64,000 nt of DNA, taken from the NCBI RefSeq assembly GCF_009914755.1, contig NC_060931.1. One strand, written 5' to 3'. The notes beneath the pieces are model-generated. The model was not told where the DNA came from, searched no databases, and worked only from the letters and a program-made list of their open reading frames with translations. This document shows, in pieces, positions 27,601-40,421 of the stretch (positions are counted from its first letter, which is position 1; the number at the start of each line of letters is the position of its first letter). The stretch comes from the human T2T-CHM13v2.0 reference genome, Homo sapiens. The position numbers were made by a program, and so were the translations under genes.

Positions 27601-30600
27601 AATTTCTTCATTGACCCAGTGGTCATTCAGGAACATATTGTTTAATTTCCATGTATTTATACAGTTTCCAAAATTCCTCTGGTTACTTATTTCTAGTTTT
27701 ATTTTATTGTGGTCATTTTGGTCATTGATATTACTTCAATTTTTTCAAATATTTTAAGTCTTGTTTTGTGGCTTAACATATGGTCTATACTTGAGAATAA
27801 TCCATGTGCTGAGGAAAATAATGTGTATTCTGCAGGTCTTAGGTAAAATGTTCTGTAAATACCTATTAGATCCATTTTGTCTATAGTGCAGATTAAGTCT
27901 GATGTTTCTTTGTTTATTTTCTGTCTGGAGATCTGTCCATTGCTGAAGTGGGGTGCTGAAGTCTCCAGTTATTATTGTATTTCAGCCTGCCTTTCTCTTT
28001 ATCTCTAATAATACTTGTTGTATATATCTGGGTGCTCCAGTGTTAGGTGACTATATTTTTAAAATTGTTACATCCTCTTGCTGAATTGACCCCTTTATCA
28101 TTATATAGTGACCTTCTTTGTCTCTTCTTATAGTTTTCTTTTTGAAATCTATTTTGTCTGATGTAAGTATAGTGACTCCTGCTCTTTTTTTGTTTCCAAT
28201 GGCATGGAATATTTTTTTACATCCCTTTATTTTTATGCTATATATGTCCTTATAGGTGAAGTGTGTTTCTTGTAGGCAACAGATCAGTGGGTCTTTTTTC
28301 ATGCATTTAGCCATTCTGTGTCTTTTTATTGGAAAGTTTAGTCCATTTATATTCAATGTTATTGTTGATAAGTGAGTCCTTACTCCTGTCACTTTGTTTT
28401 GTTTGTTTTCTGGTTGTCTTATGGTCTTCTTTCCTTTCTGTCTTCTATTAAGGGCAGTTTCCTCTGGTGATATGATTTAGTTTCTTGCTTTTCATTTTTT
28501 TGTTTACCCATTGTAGAGTTTTTGGTCTGAGGTTACCATGAGGCTTGCAAATACTAGCTTATAACCCATTATTTTAACCTGATAACAACTTAACACTCTG
28601 TGTATAAACAAGCAAAAGGAAAACTAATAAAAACTCTGTCTTAATTTTGTCCCCCTGCTTTTCAACTTTTGTTGTTTCTATTTATATCTTATTGTATTGT
28701 GTCTTGAAATGCTATTGTAGTTATTACTTTTGATTGGTTCATCATTTAGTCTTTCCACTTAAGAGTAGTTAACATACCACAGTTACATTGTTATAATATT
28801 CTGTGTACTATTATCAGTGAGTTTTGTACCTCCAGGTAAATATTTACGGTTACTAATGTACTTTTCTTTCTGATTGAAGTACTCCCCTTAGCATTTATTG
28901 TAGGACAGGTGTGGTATTGATGAAATCCCTCAGCTTTTCTTTGTCTGGGAGTCTTTATTTCTCTTTCATGTTTGAAGGATTTTTTTTTTTTTTTTTTTTT
29001 TTACCAGTTATACTATTTTAGGGTAAAAGTTTTTTCCTTCAGCTCTTTAAAAATGTCATGCCATTCTCTCCTGGCCTGTAAGGTTTCCACTGAAAAGTTT
29101 GCTGCCAGATGTATTGGAGCTCCATTGTAGGCAGTTTCTTTTTTCTTGCTGCTTTTAAGATCCTCTCTTTCTCCTTGATCTTTGGGAGTTTGATTATTAA
29201 ATGCCTTGAGGTATTCTTCTTTGGGTTGAATCTCCTTGGTGTTCTATAACCTTCTTGTACTTGAATATTGATATCTTTCTCTAGGCTTGAGAAGTTCTCT
29301 ATTATTATCCCTTTGAATAAACTTTCTACCCCCATCTCTTTCTCTACGTCCTCTTAAAGGTCAATAACTCTTAGATTTGCCCTTTTGGGCTATTATCTAG
29401 ATCCTGTAGGTCTGCTTCCTTGTTTTTTATTCTCTTTTCTTTTGTCTCCTCTGTGTATTTTTTAAAAAGGTATCTTCAACCTCAACAATTCTTTCTTCTG
29501 CTTGATACATTCTGCTATTAAAGGACCCTGAAGCATTCTTCAGTATACCAATTGCATTTATCAGCTCTAGAATTTGTTTGATTCTTTTTAATTACTTCAA
29601 TCTCTTTGTTAAATTTATCTGACAGAATTCTGTTTTCCTTCTTCGTGTTATCCCCTGAATTTCTTTGAGTTTCCTCAACACATTTATTTTGAATTCTCTG
29701 TCTAAAAGGTCACATATTTCTGTTTCTCCAGGATTGGTCCCTGGTGCCTCATTTAGTTCATTTGGTGAGGTCATGGTTTCCTGCATGGTGTTGGTGCTAA
29801 TAGATATTCTTCAGCATCTGGGCATTGAAGTGTTAGGTATTTATTATATAGTCTGTACTGTCTGGGCTTATTTGTGGCCATTCTTCTTGGGAAGGCTTTC
29901 CAGATATTTGAAAGGACTTTGAGTGTTGTGATCTCAACTATATCTGCTTTAGGGGCACCCCAAGCCCAGGAATGCTGTGGTTCTTGCAGGCTCTTAGAGG
30001 TATACCACTTTGATGGTCTTGGACAAGATTTGGGAGAATTCTCTGGGTTACCAGCCAGAAACTCTTGTTCTCTTCCCTTGCTTTCTCCAAAACATACAGA
30101 GTATCTTTCTCTCTATTCTGAGCTACCTAAAGCTGCAGCTGGAGTGACATGTGTGACCTGTTGCCACCACCACTGTGATGTACTGCATTAGACCTGAAGC
30201 CAGCATGGCGCTGGGTCTCACCCAAGGCTGGCTGGAACTACTCCCTGTTGACCACTTATGTTCACTCAAGGCCCCAGGGCTCTACAATATGCAGGTTGCA
30301 AGGCCATTTAGGCCTGCATCCTTCCCTTCAGGGAATGGATGATGGGGCCCTGGGTGGGTCCAGAAGTGCTGTCTGGAATTCAGGTACTAGCGTCAAAAAC
30401 CTTAGAAGTCTATCTGGTGCTCTCTTGTATTGCAGCTTAGCTGAAACTCCAACCACATGATTCAGTCCTTTCCATTCTTCTCTCCCCTTTCCAAAGGCAT
30501 AGGAGCCTCATCCTGTAGTCACTGCCATCCCAGGCCATGCGGAGTATTGCCAGACTACTGCTGATGTTCCCTTAAGGCCTAGGGTCTCTTAAGTCAGCTT

Positions 30601-31820
30601 TTGAATGCTGCCTGTCCTGGGACTTACCCTTCAGGGAAGTGGGCTCCCTTGTGGCCAGGGGAGGTCCAGAAATGCCATCCACAAATCAAGTCCTGGAATC
30701 AGTGCCCTCAAAAGCTCACTTGGTGCTCTATCTACCTGTGGCTGTGCAAGACAAAGTCTCCTTTACTTTTCCCTCTAATTTTCTCAAGTGGAAGAAGTTT
30801 TGCCCCACAGTCACCACAGCTGGTAATGTGTTGAGTCTTACCTGAAGCCTGCAAGTCTCAGAGGCTCTCCCAAGGCTCTTGATGTAGTACCTGGGTATCA
30901 CTGCTAGTTGTTCAAGGCCCAAGGGCTCTTCAGTTAGCAGGTAATAAATGCTGCCAGAACTGGGTCCTTTCCTTCAAGGCAGTAGGTTCCCTTCTGGCTC
31001 AGGGCATGTCTAGAAATGTAATCTGGGAACTAGAGCCTTGAATGGGAGTCTTGTGGCTCTGACTGGTGCCCTATCCTGCTATGGCTGAGCTGGTGGTATC
31101 CTAGATGTAAGACAAAGTACTCCCCACTCTTCCCTGTCCTTGCCTCAAGAGGAAGGAAGGTGTCTCTTTTGGAGCTGCAAGCTGTGCCACCTGGGGTTAG
31201 GGGAAGGTGATGCCAGCACTCCCTTGGCTGCTTCAGCTGGTGTCTCAGTATGTCTCATGTCACACCCCCCAAGTCTACTGTCTTGGGCCTAGTTCAGCAC
31301 TAGGACTCACCTGAGTTTCAGTCCTTATGGTCCAGACTGTCTTTCAAGTTTACTTGGAGACACAGAATGTTGTAGCCCTTGGTGGCGAGGTTTGCAGGCA
31401 CTCAAGTTTGGACCACTGGGACCAACGATTCTCCTCTGGCTGGGGTTGGTTTAAATGCTCCCTCGTGGGTAGGCATCAGCTGAGTTTGGACTGGTTTTCC
31501 TTTCTGCTCTAACAAGACAGCACTGAGTTCAAAGCCTAACAATTGCAGTCTTCTCCCTCCCCCAGCACTGGAGCTGCTGTTAGCACCATGCAGCCAATGT
31601 GGGATGGGGGTGGCATTGGAGATTCAGGACTGTTTTGCCTATCTTTTCAGTTCAGTGGCTCTTTCAGTGATATGAAGTTAAACCAGGTACTATGAGTGCT
31701 CACCTGATTTTTGTTTTTTATGAAGGTGTTTTCTTGTGTAGATTGTTGTTAACTTGGTGTTCTTGTGAAGGGGAAGATCCATGGCACTTTCTATTCTGCC
31801 ATCTTGCTCTGCCCCTTCCC
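24631..31820 (-). mobile_element. Near full-length L1M (L1MA2/3-like, ~7.2 kb), inactive
   Basis: 5'UTR begins (reverse complement) gggaaggggcagagcaagatggcagaatagaa; ORF1 remnants 29039-29786; ORF2 endonuclease remnant 28051-28392 (TLNINGLN, CCLQETH); L1MA 3'UTR and T-rich tail at 24631. Confidence 0.92.
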
Positions 31821-32230
31821 AGTGTGGGGCATTTATACAGAATGAATTAAGGAAATGTAACCATGTGCCATCTGCTGCAAAATAATTTAGAGTTTCAACA
31901 CAAGTTCTTGATATCACATCTTGAATTCCTTGAGACATGAAGTCAGATATAACAGTTAATTATTTTTTGAAGTGTTTGTCATTAACAGCCTCAGTCAGCT
32001 ATGCATGTTGTGATCAAAGCTCTAAGGATATCTGTGGACTTAGAGCAGCCAACATTTTCCTCGTTCTGTTAAAGCAGGAAAAAGGACTTTGTAGCTCTAC
32101 CTGGCATTCTGGGAAGACCCAGAATGTTTCACATCGACTTCATTTGGTGCTTCCGACTTGAAAAATTGAACAATTATACATGCATTGTTACCACTAAGAA
32201 ACTTATACAGGTTCTCTGTTTTACACATAG

Positions 32231-32263
32231 ACTACTCAGAATTAAAATTTTAAACTAGGAAAG
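32231..32263 (+). other. Candidate 33-nt exon containing a stop codon
   Basis: ttctctgttttacacatag | ACTAC...GGAAAG | gtaaga; the phase-1 frame reads (D)YSELKF*TRK and all three frames contain stops. Confidence 0.25.
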
Positions 32264-32392
32264 GTAAGAACCTAAAGTAGTAGCAGAGAGAGAAAGCAAA
32301 ATCTACTGAGGGTAAGAGAAGCAAATAATAAGACCATGAAAAATTCCTGCAATTTTCTAAAGAAGAGGAGAGATTAAAAGTAGGTTCTTGAG

Positions 32393-32514
32393 GGCAAGAT
32401 GTGATGGCTCATGCCTGTAATCCTAGAACTTTGGAAGGCCAAAGCAAGAGGATTACTTTAGCTCAGGAGTTAGAGACCAGCCTGGGCAACAAAGCAAGAC
32501 CCTGTCTCTTAAAA
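32393..32514 (+). mobile_element. FLAM / Alu left monomer
   Basis: Monomeric Alu; TSD aaaagtaggtt(c/t)ttga at 32376-32391 and 32515-32530. Confidence 0.88.
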
Positions 32515-32539
32515 AAAAGTAGGTTTTTGAATAAGACAA

Positions 32540-32725
32540 ATGGATTGGAATCAGGCAGTGAGGTTTGAATCTAGGTTTAGGCCCTTAGCCCTGTGATGTT
32601 GCATAAGTTATACATGTCTACAAACCCCTGTAAATGGGTTGCTGTGAATTTTAAATAAAACATAGAGTGAAAAGCTTGATGCTTTTCTCCATGTGCTGGG
32701 GCACAGGAGAGATAGTTAATAAATG
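32540..32725 (+). mobile_element. MIR
   Basis: 'ggaatcaggcag...ggtttgaatctagg...ctgtaaatgggttgctgtgaattttaaat'. Confidence 0.65.
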
Positions 32726-33172
32726 TCAGTCATTATAATTAAAAAGGCACAATTAAGGGATGTATGAAATGGAAAGTGGGTCTGACAAATGTACTGAAAG
32801 TTGTTTATGTTAGAAACAATCTGGGAACGTTGAATAGACTGTAGGGAACACAGATGTGCTCTGAGTGGGGGCAGCTAATCACTGGCATTAGTGAGGAGTG
32901 AGCATCCTCACCTCTCTGCAATAAACGATGCATCTGTTTAGATTAGTCCAAGGAGTAAGGACAATGACTCCTTGAAGAGTTGTAAAAAAAATATGTATTT
33001 CCATGATGCCTAATGTCTTTCCCTCTGCCCAACTTAATTGTTAATAAATAGGACTGGTTAGTGTCTTGAAATCTGTGCATTCAAAGTGATCTTCAGTGGG
33101 TCTGATGATGGGAACCACTGGGTTAGGGAATGGTGCCTAGAAGGGCAGAGCTACCTAAAAAAAGTACCCTAC

Positions 33173-33520
33173 TGCTGGGCCTGGTGGCTCACGCCTGTAA
33201 TCCCAGCACTTTGGGAGGCCGAGGTGGGTGGATCACGAGGTCAGGAGATCGAGACCATCCTGGCTAACATGGTGAAACCCCGTCTCTACTAAAAATACAA
33301 AAAAACAAAAAAAAGCAACAAAAAAATTAACCTTAGCCTGACGTGGTGGCGGGCGCTTGTAGTCCCAGCTACTCAGGAGGCTGAGGCAGGAGAACTGCTT
33401 GAACCTGGGAGGCAGAGGAGGTTGTAGTCAGCCAAGATCGTGCCACTGCACTCCAGCCTGGCGACAGCGAGACTGTGTCTCAAAACAAACAAACAAACAA
33501 ACAAAAAACAAACCAAAAAA
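33173..33520 (+). mobile_element. AluSc8/AluY-like with expanded middle A-tract and (CAAA)n tail
   Basis: 'ggatcacgaggtcaggagatcgagaccatcctggctaacatgg'; accctact repeated on both flanks. Confidence 0.92.
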
Positions 33521-33794
33521 ACCCTACTATGGCGATGATTTTTTAAGAAAATGTTTGGTGGGTCTTAAAGCTCTCTGAAAATCTTATGTGGAAGCTATGG
33601 ATCCTTTAAGAATGCAGTGCGTACCTATTCATAAAAATTTCCTTACATTTCAAAGTGTTCTCTTAACGTTGAAAGCTTGGCCACACTAGGCTAAAGAAAA
33701 CCCTCTGTAAGTGATTATTTATGCAAATAGAACTGTTTGTGGCACTGATAACAACTAGCCAAGTAAAGGGATTCTTCCTACTGGCTCCTAGTGA

Positions 33795-34245
33795 GTTGTA
33801 ACACAGAGAGCTAGCTCTTCATCAAAAACTTATGCCTTTCTTATTATAGCATAGAACTCTTGCTGGGAAATAACTATTTTCCCAGCCTCCCTTACGTTTA
33901 GGCGTGGCTATGCTAATAGCTTTGTCAGTAAAATGTGAGCAGTGGTTATTTATGTGTCACTTGCAGGAAGAGAGGGTCAAGAATGAGACACACCTTCTCC
34001 ATCCTCTCTTTTTCTCACTGGCTGTCTGGATGAACATCCCCGGGGTAACCTTGGAAACCACACATTGAAAACAGAAAAACAGTAAATTGAATGGAGGCTG
34101 GATCTTGAATTAATGCTCAGAGGAGAACTGGCAGCAGATCAGGAACACTCATTTTTCTTTATATGCATGAGAGGTACATTTATTATATGGTAAGCCACTG
34201 AGATTTCAGGATTTCTCACGAGCAGCTGATGTTATCTTAAATAAC
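33795..34245 (+). mobile_element. MLT1 (J-like) LTR
   Basis: 'tttcccagcctcccttacgtttaggcgtggctatg' and 'taagccactgagattt'. Confidence 0.65.
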
Positions 34246-34653
34246 CACTGTACATTTTGATAACTATGGTAGAGGGTTTAGCCACAGACCACTACTTGAG
34301 AAATAAGCAGTAAGTGTATAGTTTTCTGACATAAGTCAATAGGATAAATGTCTCCTGTAGACGGCGGTGAATTTCATAGATGGTGTGCTGGGAAATAAAG
34401 CAACGAATGAAGCCAGTGTTGTTCTCTGAGCCAGTGGTGGAGCTAGGTCTTATTTCTACAGACTCCTCTCCCTAGCATAATCAGGATAGTTTGGAACACT
34501 TAATATAAGACTTAGGCCTAAGAGAGGGGAGAGGTCTCTCCTGTCAGCACATTGTGCTTTTAGCATTCCCATTTAGAAAATGGGGATGACTCTTTCTTCC
34601 TGTGTCCTAGGTATGTGTTTTGGGAATCAAAAGAAAGAAAGGTTCAATGCCAT

Positions 34654-35065
34654 TGTGACAGAGCTGCTAGATAGTCCCCAAATCCCTGTCCTTTCCTACA
34701 TGAGCACACATCTAGACTTTCTTCCCATTCTCAGTTGCAGTTTGGTAGCTAGGTAACTGAGTTTTAGCTCACGGAATGTGAGTAGAAGTGATATATGTCA
34801 CATTTTCCTGGCCTTGAAAAATCTTCTAGATGTGGTCTTCCAAGTTAATTTCCCATTAGGGCTGGCTGGGAGGGTAATGACCATCATGGCCTTGGTCCCT
34901 ACATATTGAAGGTGGCAACCCCTCTGTCACTTTAGGTCTTTGAATGACTGTAAGGAGGACAGCTCTACTGAGCTGATCACCTTCCCAGTGAGAAATAAAA
35001 TCCCATTGAGTTTGAGGCAAAATACATTTTGGGTTTATTTGTTACAGAAGCTAGTGTTACTTTAA
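34654..35065 (+). mobile_element. MLT1 (J-like) LTR
   Basis: 'ggaatgtgagtagaagtgat' and 'gggtttatttgttacagaagctag'. Confidence 0.6.
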
Positions 35066-35952
35066 CCACTCTAGCCAGCAACTAAACTTTGGACCATACA
35101 CCCTAATAAAGATCCTTAAAAATTTTATAAATACATAAGCATATATGTAATACACATTATCTAGATCTTAACATATATGTTTAATATATATAATGTGTCT
35201 GTGCATGCGTGTGTGTGTAAAAGGAAATCATTGATGTTTTATTAGAATGACTGTAATATGACAGTAAGAACAATCGGAAGGTACTGTAGGACCTAAGTTG
35301 AGGAGCAAAGTATTTGATAGTCAGGAAATTTCTTACTTAGATAGAACTCCATTAGTTAATGGGAAGTAAATAAATGGCTTTGAATCAGAAATGGCTTTTA
35401 TATTTTTCTTTTGTTTTTATCTAACAATGACTTATTTATTCAAATTAAACATTTGGGGATTAGCATCAGAATTGCTTCTCTTGAAATAAGAGTGGTGGGT
35501 GAAGGGCTGACTCCGATCAGACTAATGAATCCTCTGTAGAATCATTGTAGAGACCCCAGGACCACTCACAGCACAATCTGGAACATCTTGGATTAGGTGA
35601 GCTCTAAAGTTTCTTTGGGATATAGCATACCCTCATCTTGGAAAGAAAATAAGTTTTTCCATATTTTGTTTCCAACTGTGTGTGGTTGACAACACTAAAT
35701 TCTATTTCCACTTTCTTTTTTTGATTAATAGTGACCCAACTAGACTGAATGAATGGGAATCCAATGATATTTTATCTTGTTTTTCAAGTGCATTTGAAAA
35801 CCCCAACTTCCCAGGAGTCTGACCGAAGTGCAATCTAGTATTCATGTCAAAACATTTGTAAACACTTTTGTAGAAGAACCTTGCTATCTACTTTGAATAC
35901 TAGAAACACTGTTACTTCCCTTTTTTAGTTAAATTTTATTCCTAACTCTGTC

Positions 35953-35960
<8 letters not shown>

Positions 35961-35995
<35 letters not shown>
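35961..35995. repeat. (TG)n microsatellite
   Basis: About 17 TG units. Confidence 0.98.
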
Positions 35996-35998
<3 letters not shown>

Positions 35999-36636
35999 AT
36001 GATGAATATCTATAGCAATCATCAGTAAAATATTTGATTAGGGTCCTCTTTTAGCTCTATGGTAAAATCTATTAATTTGTTAGCTTCTGGTCTTAAGCCT
36101 AATTCTCAATCGTTAGTAAAAGGAAATGTTGACTGTTTTTTTTCAGTCGGGGTGAAACAGATGGGATACTCAAACTGAGTAATAAATACACAGGGTAGTA
36201 AATAAGGACAGGGTACGTGGAGTCATACCAGCAAAGCCATAGCACAGTAAGGACCTGGGAATTAGTAATAGTGGGGCACCATCATGAGCTGTAGGCTCAA
36301 AGAGGCAAAAATGGAGGAGTAGTTACCAGAAGCATGAAACAGAAAGGGCATTTGGAGAGGGCTGTGGGAAAGGAACTGTGGCCTGTGGTTGAGGGAAATT
36401 GGTAGCCCACAGTGGCCTTGGAGATAAATAATCCAACTTCATTACTCTCTTCCATCTTTCTGCAGGAAACTCGCAGAAACCAACCCCAAAATAGAAGCTA
36501 GAGGTCAAGGGAGTCCATTTTCTTAATCTATACATGTCAGCCTAAGGGGCCTTGAGTAGTGAAGACAGTCTTGATCTAGATGGGCAACAAAATATCCAGC
36601 CTACTGATCATGGATCTCTGTTATAAAATTTAAGAG

Positions 36637-37051
36637 TGATTTGGTTTGGATGTTTGTTTCCTCCAAATCTCATGTTGAAATGTGATTTCCATTGTGATGG
36701 GGCCTGGGGGGAGGTGGTTGGATCATAGGGGTGGATCCCTCATGAATGGTTTAGCACTGTCTCCTTAGTGATAGTGAATTCTCACTCAGTTAGTTTACAG
36801 GAGATCTGGTTGTTTAAAAGTCTGGGACCTCCCCTTCTCTCTCTCTCTTACTCCCTCTCTTGCTACCTGACATTGCCTTCTCTCTTTTGACATTTTGCCG
36901 TGATTGGAAGCTGCCTGAGGCCTCACCAGAAGCAGATGCTGGAGCCATGCTTGTATAGTCTGTGGAACTGTAAGGCAGTTGAACCTCTTTTCTTTATAAA
37001 TTACCCAGTCTGAGGTGTTTCTTCATAGCAATGCAAGAACAGACTAATACA
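36637..37051 (+). mobile_element. MST (MSTA/B) MaLR solo LTR
   Basis: tgatttggtttggatgtttg...agactaataca with a perfect 5-bp TSD aagag. Confidence 0.92.
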
Positions 37052-37076
37052 AAGAGTATTTGTAAAAATTAAAGTA

Positions 37077-37394
37077 GGCCAGGCACAGTGGCTCATGCCT
37101 ATAATCCCAGAGTTTTGGGTGATTGTGGTGGGAGGATCACCTGAGGCCAGGAGTTTGAGACCAGCTGGGCAACATAATAACACCCCCATCTCCACAAAGA
37201 GTTAAAAAAAAAAAATTAGCTAGGTGCAGTCATGCACACCTGTAGTCCTAGCTACTTGGGAGGCTGAGGCACGAGGATCACTTGAGCCCAAGAGATTGAG
37301 GCTGCAGTGAATGAGGCTGCAGTGAATTGTGATTATGAATGCACCACTGCACTCCCTCCTTGGTAATAAGTAAGTGTGAGATGTTGTCTCAAAA
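37077..37394 (+). mobile_element. AluJ with an internal 15-bp duplication (tgaggctgcagtgaa x2)
   Basis: AluJ diagnostics 'gaggatcacttgagccca' and 'gaggctgcagtga'; TSD aaaaatta(a/g)agta. Confidence 0.9.
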
Positions 37395-37509
37395 AAAAAT
37401 TAGAGTAATTAATGTTCATGTTCATGTTTAAAGATCTAATCATTTATTTAAGGTGCTCTTTCATATGTAAGACTATCCTTAATTGCAAAAATATAAGCAT
37501 TTGAATTTG

Positions 37510-37685
37510 TCTCTGTCCAGTATGGTACATGTGACCATTTAAATTAAGATATATACAAATTAAATAAAATTATATATTTAGTTCCTTAGTGCTCACTCAC
37601 TTCATGAGGCTAGTAGCTGCTGTACTGGGCAGCAGAAATAGAGGACATTGACATCATTACAGATAATTCTGTTGGCTAGTGCTAC
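37510..37685. mobile_element. MER3-like hAT MITE
   Basis: 'ctgtccagtatggta...ggctagtagctgctgtactgggcagc...ttctgttggctagtgct'. Confidence 0.65.
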
Positions 37686-37911
37686 TCTAGTTATTTAATT
37701 GTTAATTGCTTAACTTCTTTCCTTTCTTTTGACTCAAAGTGTAAGTGAAATGACTTTTGTGATGATTCGTTTTTTTCTTGAAATCCTGGACCCCAAAAAT
37801 ATTAGATTAGTATACGAAATTATCTTATTCTGAATGAGTTAGAGTTATTTGGATATACGCAAAAGAAAGCACTGGCTAACTCAAACAAAAATGGAATGTA
37901 TTGAAGAGATC

Positions 37912-38044
37912 TGTTAACACTTTGGTTTTAGCCCAGTCAGCCTGATTTTGGGCTTCTGACCTCCAGAATTATAAGAGAAAAAAATTATGCCTTAAGATGC
38001 TAGACTGTGGTAATTTGTTCTAGCAGGAATAGGAAACAAATACA
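37912..38044 (+). mobile_element. MLT1 (C/D-like) LTR 3' fragment
   Basis: 'ttctgacctccagaattataagagaa...tgtggtaatttgtt...ggaaacaaataca'. Confidence 0.75.
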
Positions 38045-39343
38045 GTATTTCAAAGGTCTGTGGTCCTCCAAAGTTTAACTCTACATGACAAAAATCTTCA
38101 TTAGGGAGATTTGAATTGAATTGGATTTTTCTTTCTGGGGAAGGTAACAATAAAAGGTTGAGAAACCCTGATATGGAGTTTCACAAATATTTCTACCTCT
38201 TACGTTATCTACAACCAACCTAAACTATACTCACCCCTTTCCCAAATGGAAATAGACTGAAATTGTGATGGGTTCCTGCATCTTGCACCAAGTATGGGGA
38301 TATCTGGGCAATGTTCATTCCTTGTGTGGTTTCGTTGAGATCAATTTTTTCCTCATAATACTCACATTATGGGCTAAATGGCAAGGTTAATAACCATCAC
38401 TAAACGCCATTTTCAATATTGGTGGAGGGCAATGTGAAAGAGAAAGGAAATTACTAAAAGAAAAATGACTCAGCAATGAAGGGAATATGAACAGGGTTAG
38501 AGTTTCATCTCTCGCATTTATGATTTCTTCTGCATTACCTTTTCCAGTTCCCTTTGCCCTTGGTAGGGGTTGTTTGCCCAGTGATACGCTCCAAATATTC
38601 ATTCTTTAAATATCTGAAACCCTACTGGTCCTTCTTTAGTTTTTACTACATGTTTGTTTTTAACCATATGTTTTAAGCATAGTTGTAAAAGAAGGAGTCC
38701 AGGGAATTACCTGAATTCCAGCCATTCTCCCTGATCCTATATAATGGCGGCAGCTCCTTCAACATAGTGGTCAACACTGTAACACCTCCTTTTGCCTATT
38801 TTCCCAGTGGTATAAAGATCTCTAAACAGTCAAGTAGTACTCATAGCTTTCATTTCAGCAGATAATTGGGGTGCTCTGTTGGAGAAATTCCTTCCACTCC
38901 TGTGTGTGTTTCAAAACTCCCAAACAACTCAGATATATAGATTTGGGAGATAAAGTGCATCATAAGTAGAAAATTGTGTTATTGGGAAGAAGTTGAATTG
39001 AGCTCAACTTTTGAAAGGCCATGAAATATTTTAAGCAATGGGGTGACATGGTTCAGTTTTGTATTCAGAAAATAGTACTGCATTAAATTTACTTTCTGAA
39101 TTATTCTTTGTTTAATTAGTTGATGATCAATACACCTCAAAGTAAGATTTGCATTTACTCTGCCAGTTCTCTGAGGCTGCTACCAATCTGGAACCACCAT
39201 AAATTAAAATTTCCTCTTAAGGTTTTTTTTTTTTTTTCTTCTTCAAATCACACAAATAGTATGGCTTCAGGTTGCAAACATGCTGTAAGAATGGCTTATG
39301 GCTCTAAATTACCAGAGTAAATATAAATTTTTTCCTCTTCAAG

Positions 39344-39361
39344 GGAATATAGATGAAATAG
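39344..39361 (+). other. Candidate 18-nt micro-exon
   Basis: ttttttcctcttcaag | GGAATATAGATGAAATAG | gtgagt; only the phase-1 frame is open (GNIDEI). Confidence 0.4.
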
Positions 39362-40421
39362 GTGAGTTTCTTTTCTGTTCCATTCTGTGCAATGGAACCT
39401 ATGTCTCACCCACACCTCATCGTGGGTGTAGCAGGAATCACTTAGATTACACATCCTTGAGGAGGCCTGGGATTTATGTCACATTCCCTACCTTCTGAGC
39501 AGGTGTCAGAGTGGAAGCTCAAGGCCTTCCAACTTTAGTAATCGTCTTCAGGTCAAAAGTCAGCCTTGGCACTCTTTTATCTCCTAGACTTTCCAGGTTA
39601 CTTTACTTTTGAAGCTTGATGTCTTCATTGCTTTTGTGTTAGCTCAGTGATTCATTTAAAAAATACTTTAAAAAATTTTACCTGACATCTTATTCAAAGG
39701 ATTGTTCAGGGTATCTAATCTGCCATACTGTCAAGTACAGAAATCCTTCCACTTTTATTTCAAAGGTAAGAAAACAGACTCAGAGTTAACATGACTTTCC
39801 CAGGATCACACGGTTGTTTTGAACAATGACATATGCTCAGTAGATACTAATTTTAAGACAAGATGAGAGTCAGGCTTTCTGACAATGCCTGGCACCTTGT
39901 TTTTACCTCTGTACTTAAAAGAAATCAATGTCTTGATCAAAGATGACTTGACTATAACAAATAAAGCCTATTAAAAATATACTGAGCCAAAAAGAAGATT
40001 TGGGTTATAGAATCCAAAGGCAGGAGGTGCAGTTTAACCACAGGAGGCATTGCCATCAGTTGTAAAAAAATCATCCAAATTCAAGGCAGTCACTCTCTCT
40101 GCCTCTCCTGTCCTCAAAGTCCCCATCTCTGCAATTCTCTTGCATTTGCTTCATTCTTTTACTTTTTCTGTTAACTGACTTTCTTGTCATTTTGCATAAG
40201 GTGAATAATGACCATTCTAGTTCCCTTTAAATTACCTCAAAGCCCAAATACTTAGTGATCGAGTTCTCTCAGTGAACTCTAATACAATCAGTGTGAGACA
40301 ATATAATTGGTTCAGCTAGAAAATTTTCTTCTAGTTAGCTTTGGCCAAGGTGTCAGTTTGGGATGTGACAGTACACTCTATGGGAATGGGGCATGGATAT
40401 ATTATTTAAAAAGAGAGAATA

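Noticed and set aside
39745-39775. AAG|gtaaga donor after a pyrimidine tract
   Set aside because: Lies in a decayed antisense MIR core and has no separate acceptor.
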